From assembly GCA_013265495.1 (NCBI GenBank), contig MU058065.1, positions 4,624,976 to 4,688,975 of the forward strand: a stretch of DNA of 64,000 nucleotides, given 5' to 3'. Every line of letters begins with the position of its first letter. Positions within the stretch are counted from its first letter, which is position 1. Made by a program: the position numbers and the translations under genes. Under the pieces are notes generated by a model, which worked only from the letters and a program-made list of their open reading frames with translations, was not told the DNA's origin and ran no database searches. The stretch comes from Vicugna vicugna. Taxonomy: Eukaryota. This document shows positions 36,142 to 48,000 of the stretch, one piece after another.

Positions 36142-37413
36142 AATGGGCTGATCGTAAGAGTAGGGGATCAAGGGATTATCTGGACTGAGGAAAGACGGAC
36201 AATGCAAAAATAAACCTACATCTACCATCCAAACAGGAATTTATTAAAGTCAGAATAGATCACCCTTTTTTCCCTATTCCACCCACTTTTTGTGAGTCAG
36301 CACCACCCACTTCCCTAGACCAGCTGAAGACACCCCACATTGTGTCTCCTCCTCACAGAATAATGACAGCAGCCACCATTCACTGAACGGCTACCACAGG
36401 CAAGACAAGTTGTCAGAGGCAGTTTGATATAGAAGGGAGGCTGCAGCTGGTGACCTTTGACTCAGTAGAGTCACATTCTTACAGTATGAGATGAATCGAA
36501 GTTATTCATGGGGGAATTTCACTCTAAAATTTTCTTGATGGAAGTAGGTCATCTTTCCAACATACTAGAAGCATCTTGGAAGTGCTTCAGGGCAACTCCG
36601 TGCTACAAGGGCCACCAGGCAGGATCCAAGCCTTCAGGACAATCTCTCCAGGCCGCCCCACCTCCCGGGCAGGTGCTCAGCCAGTGTCTACCAGTCTCTG
36701 TCCTGACTCGCCTGGAGCCCATGCACATCCAAAACCCCGCACTCCTGCCGACCCAGGAGTGCAGGAGGCTGGTGGTGGCGGTGAAGAAAATAGCTCAGGA
36801 CCATAAGCGGAATGAAATACCCTGGTTTGAGGTCACCTACTTTATAAACACCTGTTTTGAGGCTTGTCCTTGTCATATCACCATATCCTATTAAGAAACC
36901 CTTAGTTTAGGATATTCCGTTAGAGTCCAAAGACAAACTTCCCTATCTGGCTCCAGCAGTGATCGGTAGGCAATAGGTAATCATCCTGGCACTTCCCATC
37001 ATAGAAATTATGTCCAGAAATTGAGAGCTAAGGCAGGAACTCTGTTTCTTTAACTAGCAGAAAATAAAACAGATCAAAAAAATTAATAAAAAACATAAAC
37101 TGGCTAAAGAGTTTATCTTCATTGAGTTTTTAGCATATTCAATACCCAACTACAGTATTTTATTTCAAACAGTGAAGGACATTTGAAGCCTAAAGACAAT
37201 TTAAAAAAATATTTTTTCACCCAAAAAACTGTTGGTAGTTGGCTACTTGCATAGCAGGACAAAATATTTGACAGTAAAATCTCAGTGTGAGATTTGGAAG
37301 CATTCACAGAATCCACTTTTTGAAATGGTCAAAAGGCAGGTGGAAAGTGAGTTGATAAGAACCTCTGTGAGATGGGAGATGATGTGAACTAAAACTCACC
37401 AAGTCAGTTTTAT

Positions 37414-37637
37414 TTGTTTGTTTGTTTGTTTTTAATTGAAGTCTAATCAGTTACAGTGTGTCAATTTCTGGTGTAGAGCATCATGTTTTAATCCTACGTA
37501 TATATACATATATTCATTTCCATATTCTTTTTCATTATACATTACTACAAAACACTGGATGGATATAGCTCCCTGTGCTATACAGAAGAAATCTGTTTTT
37601 TATCTATTTTGTATATATTAGTTCACAAATCTTAACT
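37414..37637 (-). mobile_element. Short LINE-1 3' end with a (TTTG)n tail and perfect 16-bp TSD
   Basis: ACCAAGTCAGTTTTAT occurs at 37398-37413 and 37638-37653. The body is the reverse complement of the block at 44623-44880. Confidence 0.93.
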
Positions 37638-39189
37638 ACCAAGTCAGTTTTATCTTCAAATGAACATTATGGGAATGGACTCAGACAAAGTCTTTGCTTT
37701 CTCCTCAAGGCTAGGGTTTTGGACATGGGCACGTAAGATGCCTACAGACTGGCTGGCTTTCTCTTGACTTAGCTTTAAGCCTGTATGACTTACTGGAGGA
37801 AAAGTCGTCTAGGAAGAAAGAGAAAATGAATGAATGAATCCAATGCCCTTTCAAAAAGCAAGCTTTTATAACTAACGTTAGCCATGGTGATGACAAATCT
37901 TTGTGACGTGCACTATTGACAACCTCTAGTAAGCTGTTCTTTCAGAGCGCTTTGCAACTTTCATCTAGTTAATCTTCAGGGACACCAGAAATGATCAAAA
38001 AAGACCCAAAACAATCATCAAAAAAGTCATGAATCAAAATGATTAATTTTGTTTCAGTTTTTATCAATTTCTTACCAATTCTGTGTAATGGAAATGGAAA
38101 TGATTCCTTCCTGGAATATAAAATTAAGAAATCTTGGTGTAGTATGGAAACTATATTTCTGGTTTAGCTTGTCTGTTTACTTACCAATATTTGTCTCTTA
38201 ATTGAAGAAGGGTATGGCTTGTTATATATATCTGAGATAAATAGCATAACATTGTTGCTAAAGCCACTTCAGCTTCTGCCATATATCCAGTGTGTATCAT
38301 GTTGATGTAGATCAAAACATTTACAAACATTCACAAAGGTAAAAACTACCAAACTGTAAACTATGGAAAACTCCCACCACCTTGCTTCGGACTTTATCTT
38401 TTACTTGAAAAGGAAAATGAGTCAGTGTGGTTGACACATTGTCCAAATTAGTCATGAAATAAGATGACAGATGTAAGAGCATTTTGAAAAATACATGAAA
38501 CTTTAAAAAATGTAATATGGTATTATAATTATTAGTAAGTTTTTCCCTTGATTTGGGGTCCTCTGAAACTGATTTAATTGGGTACTATTTAAGATCAGCT
38601 CTTGCTGGATTGTATTTCTAAATGATTATTCATTTTTATACTGAAAGATAATCTGATTATGCGTTCAGTAATGTAAACGTCTAGCTCTTGGTTTTGTGTC
38701 TACACAAGGGCTGGCAAACTTGCCGGCAGAAAATGAACTGTGGAGAAAGTTGTGAGAGAAACTGTTACGATGCAAAAAAACATTTCTAGCCTTTTTGTTC
38801 TTAATCCCAATTTCCAACTTAGTATAACAAAAAAGAAAAGTTCTTTAAGTGAAAATAAATCTTTATAAATGGTACCTGAAAGCAAAGTTTAATGTCTATA
38901 TCATGACCTATCAGCCAAATTTATTTTTTTTCTGAAATCGTATGTTACAATCTTTCACTCTAACCTTAGTCTATAAAACTTAAATATCTCTAAAACTATC
39001 AATTCATTTATTCTCTCACTACGGGATTAATCATGTCTTCAGCAGGTATATATTAACACATATTGGGCTAGGTCAAGCCAGTGGTACAAGTAAAATTCAA
39101 TTCCAGGAGTTTATGTTTGAACAAAACTTCTGCCACTCCTCTCTGGAGTCACTTTTGCTGCTGGACGTGGTGTTCCTGAATCTTCCTGA

Positions 39190-40360
39190 ACATCTGCAGA
39201 GCCTGGGCTGGGAACACAAATGGAGAGTCACACATTAGACATATTTTAAAGTTATACTTCAACATAAATAGTGAAATAAAATATGGTGTAGCCAGCTGCC
39301 TTGACTAACATACTTTCCTAATGATAACATTTAAAAATATGTTGAATGCTACTGTTTGGTATGACTGGAAAATAAAATATTATTTCAACTTCTTCTCAGT
39401 TGTTTAAAAGGCTAAGAATAAAATATAATAGTAATCAAAGTAACTTTAATCAAAATATATTGAAGTTATTTTATATGCTTTACCGAGTATATTTACATCA
39501 AAAATATAAGTGAAAATAAATTTTAAAACTAGCAAAGTAAATAATTTTATTATAGTTTCTAAAATTTTTTCTAAGTGGCTTAAAATGTCTAGCAAAATGA
39601 AGGGATAATAAATGAACTGTAATTAACTTGTACACAGTTTATAAAGGAATGTATTTAAATGATGCTAAGTTTTACTTAATTTTGAAACAATCAGATCTTC
39701 TTGAATATTTTTATAAAAATAAAACTATTGCTAGTCTATCAATCAATGCCCATCCAGTTTCCATTGTAAAGAATTTACATGATGTTTTATCTTAACCTAA
39801 ATAAGTACAAATTTAAAAACAGTTGAGTTGCTTAATATTAGAAAATATTTCTCAGCCAACATGTCCAGCTACTGTAAATATTGTGTTAATTCATATGTTC
39901 TTCCAGAACCATGGATTAGGATGCAAACAGAAACAAGAAAACGGATACTCGAAAAGGACACCTCATAATGGGAGAAGCCATTGCATTCTTGCTCTCGGCG
40001 AGGGTTAAGTTAATGATTTTTGTCTTTTCCAAGTCCTTCCGCTGCTCAAATAGTCCCTGCATTCCAAGGCAGTGCCCATCTCTTGTGTCAGCAGCCACCT
40101 GGCAACCCATATACCTCACGGTCCTTGGAAGTAACAGCTAATTGTTCTGGGGTAGTGAGGGAGGAGCTTCTCTGGGGCTTGAGGAGAACTGATCACAAGA
40201 GTAGATGTTTGGGTTACGGGTGCACTGTCGCAGATCAGAACTACAAGTGACGGAAGCATCCCTGTGTCTTTGTGAGAGTTAAGGCTTCTCGAGTCGGTGG
40301 TATTTGGGCCCCCAAAAGCACGCATGCAGCACAGGGGCCCAGCTTGCGGATCTTAGGCAT
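39190..40360. mobile_element. Probable hAT-Tip100 DNA transposon relic (Zaphod/MER115-like)
   Basis: CAGAGCCTGGG...ACAAATGGAG...ATATTTTAAAGTTATA...GTGAAATAAAATATG...CCTTGAC.AA.ATAC, a very AT-rich interior, and a GC-rich right end (GGGCCCCCAAAAGCACG...GGGGCCCAG). Confidence 0.5.
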
Positions 40361-42879
40361 GTATTCGGTGTGAACCTGGTGCTACTAAGACTTCTTATGT
40401 GAAGCTTGAAGATCAAGCCAGCACAGCAGAAGGCAGGGGGACTGGATGAAAATGTATGAACCCCAAATCCCATTTGCACTTGAGGCCAGCTCTACACCTG
40501 GAATTTTCATTTGGTGAGACAATATATTGTCTTTCTTTTCTTAAGCCATTTTTTTTTTAAATGGGATTCTGTCATTTGCAACAGAATCACGGTTGAGAGA
40601 GCAGGAAACCATTCTCTCTTCAGAACACAAACCATCAGAAGTGTCACGTCTGCCTTGACTACATTTAGCAGGATAAGAAGAGGAACTAGAAAGAGAGACC
40701 ACTAGATTTAGACTCAAATTCTGGGTCATCTCTGAGTGGCAACTTTTTTCACCAACACCACTCAGCCACCCATCCGTCCTTTTGCCTTCTGGTTTCAACT
40801 GGCCTTTCTCTGGGTATCAAAGACGCCTTTGAACAACTGGACGTGACTGACAAGAGGATGGTGAGAGGTCTGAATAGGCAAAGGAGCCTTGAAAGTGCTC
40901 TTCATGAGAGCATCATAGCTGCACACTGACACGTCCATTCATTACATGTGGAATTTGTTAGAAGGGATAAATACCTAATTCCATAGCCCACTGTGGAAGA
41001 GAGTATTGCATTTCTGAAATCTAAACAACCACCCATTAATGCTTAATTCCCATGATTTGAAAATCTTTTCTAATCTCATTTTTCTTTCCGTCTCCAGCCG
41101 AGTAATTTTTTTTCGTGTATATTTAATCATTAACATAGCATCAGTGTTGGCTGTAAGGTAATACCACGAGAAGCCCGCCTGGACGCTAATGGCTTCATCG
41201 GAGGCTGCACATTCCTCATGATTATGCACCTACTGAAAGCTTTCATTGCACGGTAGCAAAGTCAGCCTGAAGTAAATCATGAACTCCACTTGAGTCAGCG
41301 TATCGCGTATCAAGATTTTCTATAAGTACATGTTGACTTTTTGGTAAAGACCCAAGTCCCTAATCAGTCTTCCAAAAAAAAGAAAAAAGAAGAAAAAAAA
41401 AAAACCTCACAAAAATACAGTGGGTGGAACCATGCCCTACACTAATAATCTATTTCAAAGAATACCTTCTTTCAGACTACACAAAAATACAGTGCTTACA
41501 TTTTTACAAACCCACAGTTTATATCGAAATTATTTTATGTTTAGATATCACTCACTAGTACTGGTATTGAGCCAGCCTGAGAACTACATAAACACCAGAT
41601 TTTACACATTACATAGCTCCCACAACATTTTGCTCTAAGCTGGTGAGTTAGTTATAAATCTACACGCAGTTTACAGTCTAACTCCACCCTGATAGCTCCC
41701 TTGCTCCCACCATTTTTTTTTTTTTGGCCAAGAAAAGCAGCAGGGGATATATATATATATATATACCAAAAGAAATCAAATCATACGTGTGCACTTTTGT
41801 AAACTAGGAATTCCTGTTTCTGTTACTGTAAATCACTACCAGATGTCAAACGGCAAAATGTTCATTACTCCCCGAAATAATGGAGTTGATTAATGAGGCA
41901 CATTTACATTGTGGAATCTTGGTCTCTGTCATAACTGGACAGGGTTTAAGAAGTTTTAAAAAAAAATCATGCAGATGGGGAAATAACTTTAACTATTATG
42001 CTTCAAAGGCAAAGTAAATATGCGGCATCTTGGGGCAGGATTTGGTCATCTACAGGGTAATAACTTCCAAATGAAACTGAGCTTTCTTCTTAAGAAGAAG
42101 GAATGGTGGCCATGTCACAGGACATAAAGATAGATCCGTTTCTGGCCAGTCTGTGGCGTTTCAGTGCTCGGTATAGGAAATCTATTCTAGGGGCTTTTCA
42201 GCACAATGCATAAGCTGTTCAAGGCAGTCTAGTCTGACGGCCCTACTCCAGTCACCTGAGTGAGCGACTCTTGGCTTGGTTACTTGTGTGATGACAGTAT
42301 TTGTGCAGAAATACTTTTCTAAAGAAAATTCCCTCTTCTACTGAATAGGTAGGTAGTCCTTTTTGGAAAAGGAACATCTATTTTAGTGAAGTCACCAGGT
42401 TGTAATAAAATCTGTTACCAACTGCAAGTAATCCTCTCCGAGTGACACTTTTCACATTCTGACCATCGCTCTATATGCCGGTTTCTACGCATGGACTAAA
42501 CGTACTTCTCGCCTCTGTATTTGTGTTGTATCACGTGTAGGCAAGGGGTGGTAAAAAAAATAACCCGGGGGGAAACTTGACATTGGCAGCTAATCAGAAG
42601 TTTTTATTTTGTCAGCGAAGCTGCCGTGGAATGACTCACTGGCAGCTGGAGGCCAGGCTTTTGTTCATAAAACTTGGTTCAGACACTTTGGAACCAGTCT
42701 GGGGCACGGTTTACCCATAGGAACACTGTCATCTTCGTGCACCTATGTGATCCATTTCTTGATCAAGTATTTACTTTTATGCTAAAAAGCTGAGAACGCA
42801 CACACACGTTTTCTGTGCTGGGCATTTGTGTGGACACGTGTGTTTGTGTGCCATTCGGTTTCTTAGTAAGCAGTATTAG

Positions 42880-43095
42880 GTAACCATGAAGAACACTAAC
42901 TCTGGGATCAGTCACACATGAATTTCAACCCCTCATCCATCACTCACGAACCATGCAGCTTTTGCCAAGTAATCCAAATTCTGTGAATCTTGGATTCCCT
43001 CTGTGTAAAATGGAAATATTAATGAGCACATCAAGTAATTATGTGAAGAATTAAATAAGGTATAGTACATGAAATCCTTAACATTGTGTTTCACA
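42880..43095 (+). mobile_element. MIR
   Basis: GAAGAACAC...ACTCTGGGATCAG...CCAAGTAA...CTGTGTAAAATGGAAATA...ATTATGTGAAGAATTAAATAAG. Confidence 0.7.
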
Positions 43096-44622
43096 AAGTT
43101 GGTGCCATCCCATCCCAGTCCCCCCGCCCCCTCCACAATTCATAGTCATGTCTTTCCAACCAAAGACCTTTCCTCATCCAGGCACATCCAGCTCAAACTC
43201 CCTGATTTTCCTTTTATTGCGCCAGCTGGAGTTACACGGAGCAAACCAAGGACTCACACAATGGGAGTCATTAATATTAATGTTAATTAAAAATGAACTA
43301 TGATCAACATTTGAAATAAATTGAAAATCCAGTACCTAGAATTTAAATGCTCTGTTGTCAGTTCCAAAGAATCACAGAGCTGGAACGGAGTCCTGGATGA
43401 CCTGGACAGACCCCTTCCTTTTAGAGTTGAGGAGAGTAAAACCTGCAGAAATCTTTCTTTCCCTCCAAGTCTCTCCAGAAGTGGTGCTGCTGGGACTAGA
43501 AGCCAGGTGTGGCCCCAGCCCTGGTGGCCCCTGCTGCCCTCTGTTCTTGGCCTGGGCTCTGCTGCTCCTCTGAGTTTGTGATCAGGGCCAAACACTCATT
43601 CTTGTGAAAACACGAACCCAAGGGAAATGCGACAGGCAGCAACTGGGCTGGTCTTGTCATTAGAAGTCTGAAAACCGTAGGATGAGAATCGTAGGACTAA
43701 CGCTAGGTCGTACAGTTCTGAGAGGATGAAAATGTGATAATGGATGCAAAAGCAAGTCATGAGAAAGAAAGTTTTATGTAATAATGAGGATTAATATTAT
43801 GCATTTCTTTTATAATCAATCGCCTGCTTGTTAAATTGAATCAGATGGCAATTTGCTGAGAATACCTGGTGTTAAACAGCCTTCTTTCTTTGGCGAAGAA
43901 CATTTCCATTATGAAGAGGGGAGAGGGAGCGGGGAAGAACCATGTCCCAGGAGCTCTTCACACAAAATGAATTACTATCCTTCATTTTATAAGAGCTATT
44001 TGGTCCAAGATCTCCCAGCATCTGAAGAAGACCAGGCTTAACCTTTGTTATTTATGAACTAACAGAAGCCGAGGGTGATAAAGGATTGTTTCAGAAAATA
44101 CTCTAAGTTCAGGTAAAAGCTAAAACCCAAACCTTGTGCTGATGGGGGAGTCTCCTCAGTTCAGAGGGGAAAAGCATCTTAGCGGCTGAATGTTAGAAAC
44201 TGAAGACAATTTAGGAAAAAGGAGGTTAGCTCGGCATGGATAAGCGTTTTTTAACTGTGTAGAATACAATTACGACCTTTCACTGAAATCCACGTTCTAT
44301 TTTGAAAAGGAACATTTTTGTTGTATTTCTTCCTGTAGAGAGACCCTCACTTTGTTCCACTTCTGGCTAGCATTCATTCATTCTCTCATTCATTTAACTT
44401 TTAAAAATCTTCTATTCGAAATTCAGTCCTCCCCTTCAACATACCGAAGAGTTCTTAAAGAAGAGACAATGAGTTGTGTTTGAAGAATCCGCTGGTTTTC
44501 TCAAAGAGAGGAGAAGAGTGTGCTTGAGCTTCAAGGCAGATTTCAAGAACGCCAAAGAGGAGCTCTTCTTCCCTTTTTAATCAAATAAAAAAGAAAAAAG
44601 AAAAATTCTAAAAGCTCTGAGT

Positions 44623-44880
44623 TGGGGGAAAGGTGGGTGGGAAGGGTTAAATTGGCAATTTGAGATCTGCAGATACCAACTGTTATATATAAAATAGATA
44701 AGCAACAAGTTTCTTCTGTACAGCACAGGGAAATAGATTCAATATCTTGTAGTAACCTGTAATGAAAAACAACATGAAAAGCAATATATGTATGTACATG
44801 TATGACTGAAACATTTTGCTGTACACCAGAGATTGACACCACGTTGTAAACTGACTATGCTTCAATTAAAAAATAAAATA
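44623..44880 (+). mobile_element. Short LINE-1 3' end
   Basis: Begins at a G-rich tract and contains ATATAAAATAGATAAGCAACAAG...GTACAGCACAGGGAA...GCTGTACACCAGA. Outer TSD TAAAAGCTCTGAGT (44609-44622) / TAAAATCTCTGAGT (45047-45060). Confidence 0.9.
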
Positions 44881-45029
44881 GGGAGAGGGTATAGCCCAGT
44901 GGTCGAGTGCCTGCTTAGCATGCACGAGCTGCTGGGTTCAATCCCCAGTACCTCTATTAAGAAGGAAAGAAACCTAATTATTTCCTTCCCCCCAGAGTTT
45001 TTTAAAAATAAAAATAAAGTTTAAAACGT
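44881..45029 (+). mobile_element. tRNA-derived SINE (camelid Vic-1 type) inserted in the L1 tail
   Basis: Pol III A box TAGCCCAGTGG, B box GGTTCAATCC and an A-rich tail. Flanked by AAAATAAAATA at 44870-44880 and 45030-45040. Confidence 0.88.
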
Positions 45030-48000
45030 AAAATAAAATACTAAATTAAAATCTCTGAGTGGTCTTGCAACGGGCTCAGGAGAATTCTGAATCTTAGAGC
45101 CTGGCATCTCATATGGACTCTTGAGAGCCGACTCTCAGGAATTCATTCAATTCAGACAGTAGGGCCCCAGAAAGGGGACAGAAATTCCTCGGGAGTGCAG
45201 CTCGACTGAAGCCCAAGGATAAGGGTACACTGGCATCCCCTGTTGTCCTCTTGCGGTTGACATCCCTTGGGCTCCCCACAGGAGCTCACTTTCTTACTCA
45301 ACCTCTTAGAATCCCAGCTTTCCCTTTGGGGTGGGTTCAAGGACTCAACGGACCCTGCTGCGATGCAACTTTGAGCATCTAAATCCCACAGATGTTGGAA
45401 CACTGGCATTTTGCCATCCACCCCGTGCAAATATCCACCTTCCCAAACTATTCTGTACACTAATAAGGCACTTGACTGCTAGAGGGTTTTGTCTGCCTTT
45501 GTTTTTAATAGTCATTTGCTACCGTGGCTTTCTGCAATGGGAGGGTTGGTAGCAAGGTGCTGCCAGTTGGATGAATTACTCTGTGTGTACATGGCCAGGT
45601 CATCATGCGTAAAATGAAAAGGGAAAGGGGCATCCACGCTGCCCGTTTTTGCCATCTTTACAATGAATATTGATCCCCATACATCAGTGCAGCTGGAGCA
45701 ATTACTGGTAATCATGGAAACGGCCAAAATGAATTGATTGACTGTGGTTCCGTCCTGTTTCCCAGCTGTGTAACCAGCTGCACAGCCACAGTCCAAGATA
45801 AACCCTGTTTATGGGGTCCTAAGGCTTTTTGATCATGAGAACACTTGTGAAGGGTTGTTAAATAGGTACTTGAAGATTCCATAGCAAGTTAGAGCACCTT
45901 TGAGGGTGTCTGACTCAGGAAGGAAGTGACTGTTCATTCACCAGGATCCCAGCTGATGACATCGCCACTACATGAGAAACCTCAAGGCCAAATCAGATTT
46001 AAAACAACGGGAAAATGCTCCAAATCAAGAAAACATTTGAATTCTGGAGTTGCTGATTTGCTACCCTGCTGTCAGGATGCCGTTTACAAGTAAATAAATT
46101 TAAATAATAATAACAATAGTACCATTTGATTCATTTACTTACAGTAAATGTATGCTTGATAGTTTCTAAATGGACTCAAACAGTGACACACGTACACACA
46201 CACACGTATCAAGAAAAACAGATGCCACAATTTTTCACATCTGCCTATATTGCTTATGACATGCGGGTGGCTAAACAGTACTTAAAGTCGTGTGAAATGC
46301 TAGATGAGACTCTTACCCCTGACAAGTTCTGTTATTTATTAAGGAAGTTTTGTTAGTTTAACATTGGTTCTGCATGAACCATAGTTTTGGATTTTCTGAG
46401 TCATCCTTTTCGCTTGCATGAAAGCAGGACGACCTTAGCCCAATGGCAGCGGACTCTGACCTCTCTTACGTTTCCCATCTGCACTACATTCATCACAGCA
46501 TAGAGTTTGGAATCTACAGCCTTTCTGTGCAATTTAGGTAAGAGAGGGGAGGGAGGGAAGCACTAATAACCTCCCTCAGGGGGACCCAGACTACGTCTCG
46601 CACCATCCCAGGGATCTGGGTCAGTGGAAGACCGAAGCTGTACTGACAACTTACCTTTGGACAAGGGCAAACGTTGGTTTGGAAATGGCTCTGCATCTGC
46701 TCTTCTTACCCCATGGAATTCTGAGTCTCTGAAGTTGTTATAGTTTGAAGTGGATGTCTCATATTCCCCCCAACATCGATGGGAATGTTCAGACCCCCCA
46801 CCCCACCCCTCCCACTCTCTGTCCTGGGGGGAAGCATCTGAGCTTAGGAAGAAACTCTGATTCAGTAGAGTTTCAAGATGGGGGGACAGGAATGATGACC
46901 CATTAACAGCACAACTGACCTGGGATCTTAGTGAATGTTTTCCTTACCAAAAATTTGTGAAAATTCGTGGAACACATGACCTAAGAACAGGACAGGATGT
47001 TGGCAATCAGGACTGCCCTAGAAGTCAGAATTCTTCTTGAAAATTCAAAACACATGGCCCCAATAGTAATAATCCAAACTGATTTTCAAATGGTGCCAAG
47101 GTGATTGCAAACATTTGAGATTATGACTTATGAAAAGTTTGGGGAAAAAAATTATTTTGGGAAAAATAATTTATATTACTGTGTTTAAAATTGAATTTTT
47201 ACAATATATTTGTATTTGATTTATTTTTTAAAACACTTGTACTCAGATGTGCAAAACAGGAGCATTTACTTTTTTTTTTGGTGAAATGTAATTGTGCCTT
47301 TTCTATAATTCCTACTTTTCAATGAGTTAACATTCAAGTGTGCTCCGTGTTACAAAAGATGGAAAAAATTTATTTTGACATGTGATGACCTCCTTTCAGC
47401 TAATTCCACCATTAGTCTTTGAACATTAGTGCTAATGAGGAAAAAATAATATGAGAATAATCCAAAAATAGTAGGTAATCCAAAAGGCATGTATAGTTGA
47501 CTTAACAATGTTTTGTATTTATTTTGGAATATGGCTATGTCTAAAGTTATTGGCATTCTCATTATTTCTGATAGTATAATTAAGTCTTATTACAAAGAAG
47601 TACCTCAGAATAAGCATTATAATATTTTAGAACCTATTTTATTTGAAGTTTAATGCATCAGCATGAATCTTGGTGATGCTAGTACTATTCTGAGAAATAC
47701 TGATAAGACATTTTTTTGCAACCAGCCCATCTCTTCATTTTAGGTTCAGTCTTCCCATTCCATCACTATGTACCTTTGTTGTTTACCTAAATCCTAAATC
47801 CCCAGTACTCTAACTGTTCACTTAGCTTTGCCCTGACTTGGTATATACACCCAACTAATTAACAAATAGTCTACTTCAGACTCACAACTTGATTTGGGGG
47901 AGGAAGAGAACGGAAAATAAATAAAACACATAGTTTTTTACATCCAGGACCTTAGACTAAAAAGAACCAGGATTTGATATTAGAACCCTTGAGCCGAAGT

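Noticed and set aside
36508..36894. 128-aa ATG ORF in a GC-richer patch
   Set aside because: No recognisable domain. ORFs of this length are expected by chance in 64 kb across six frames. A protein BLAST or PhyloCSF run would settle it.
47350..47562. Hydrophobic 70-aa ORF suggesting a mitochondrial insertion (NUMT)
   Set aside because: I see no real match to a mitochondrial protein or tRNA, and the hydrophobicity follows from T-richness.
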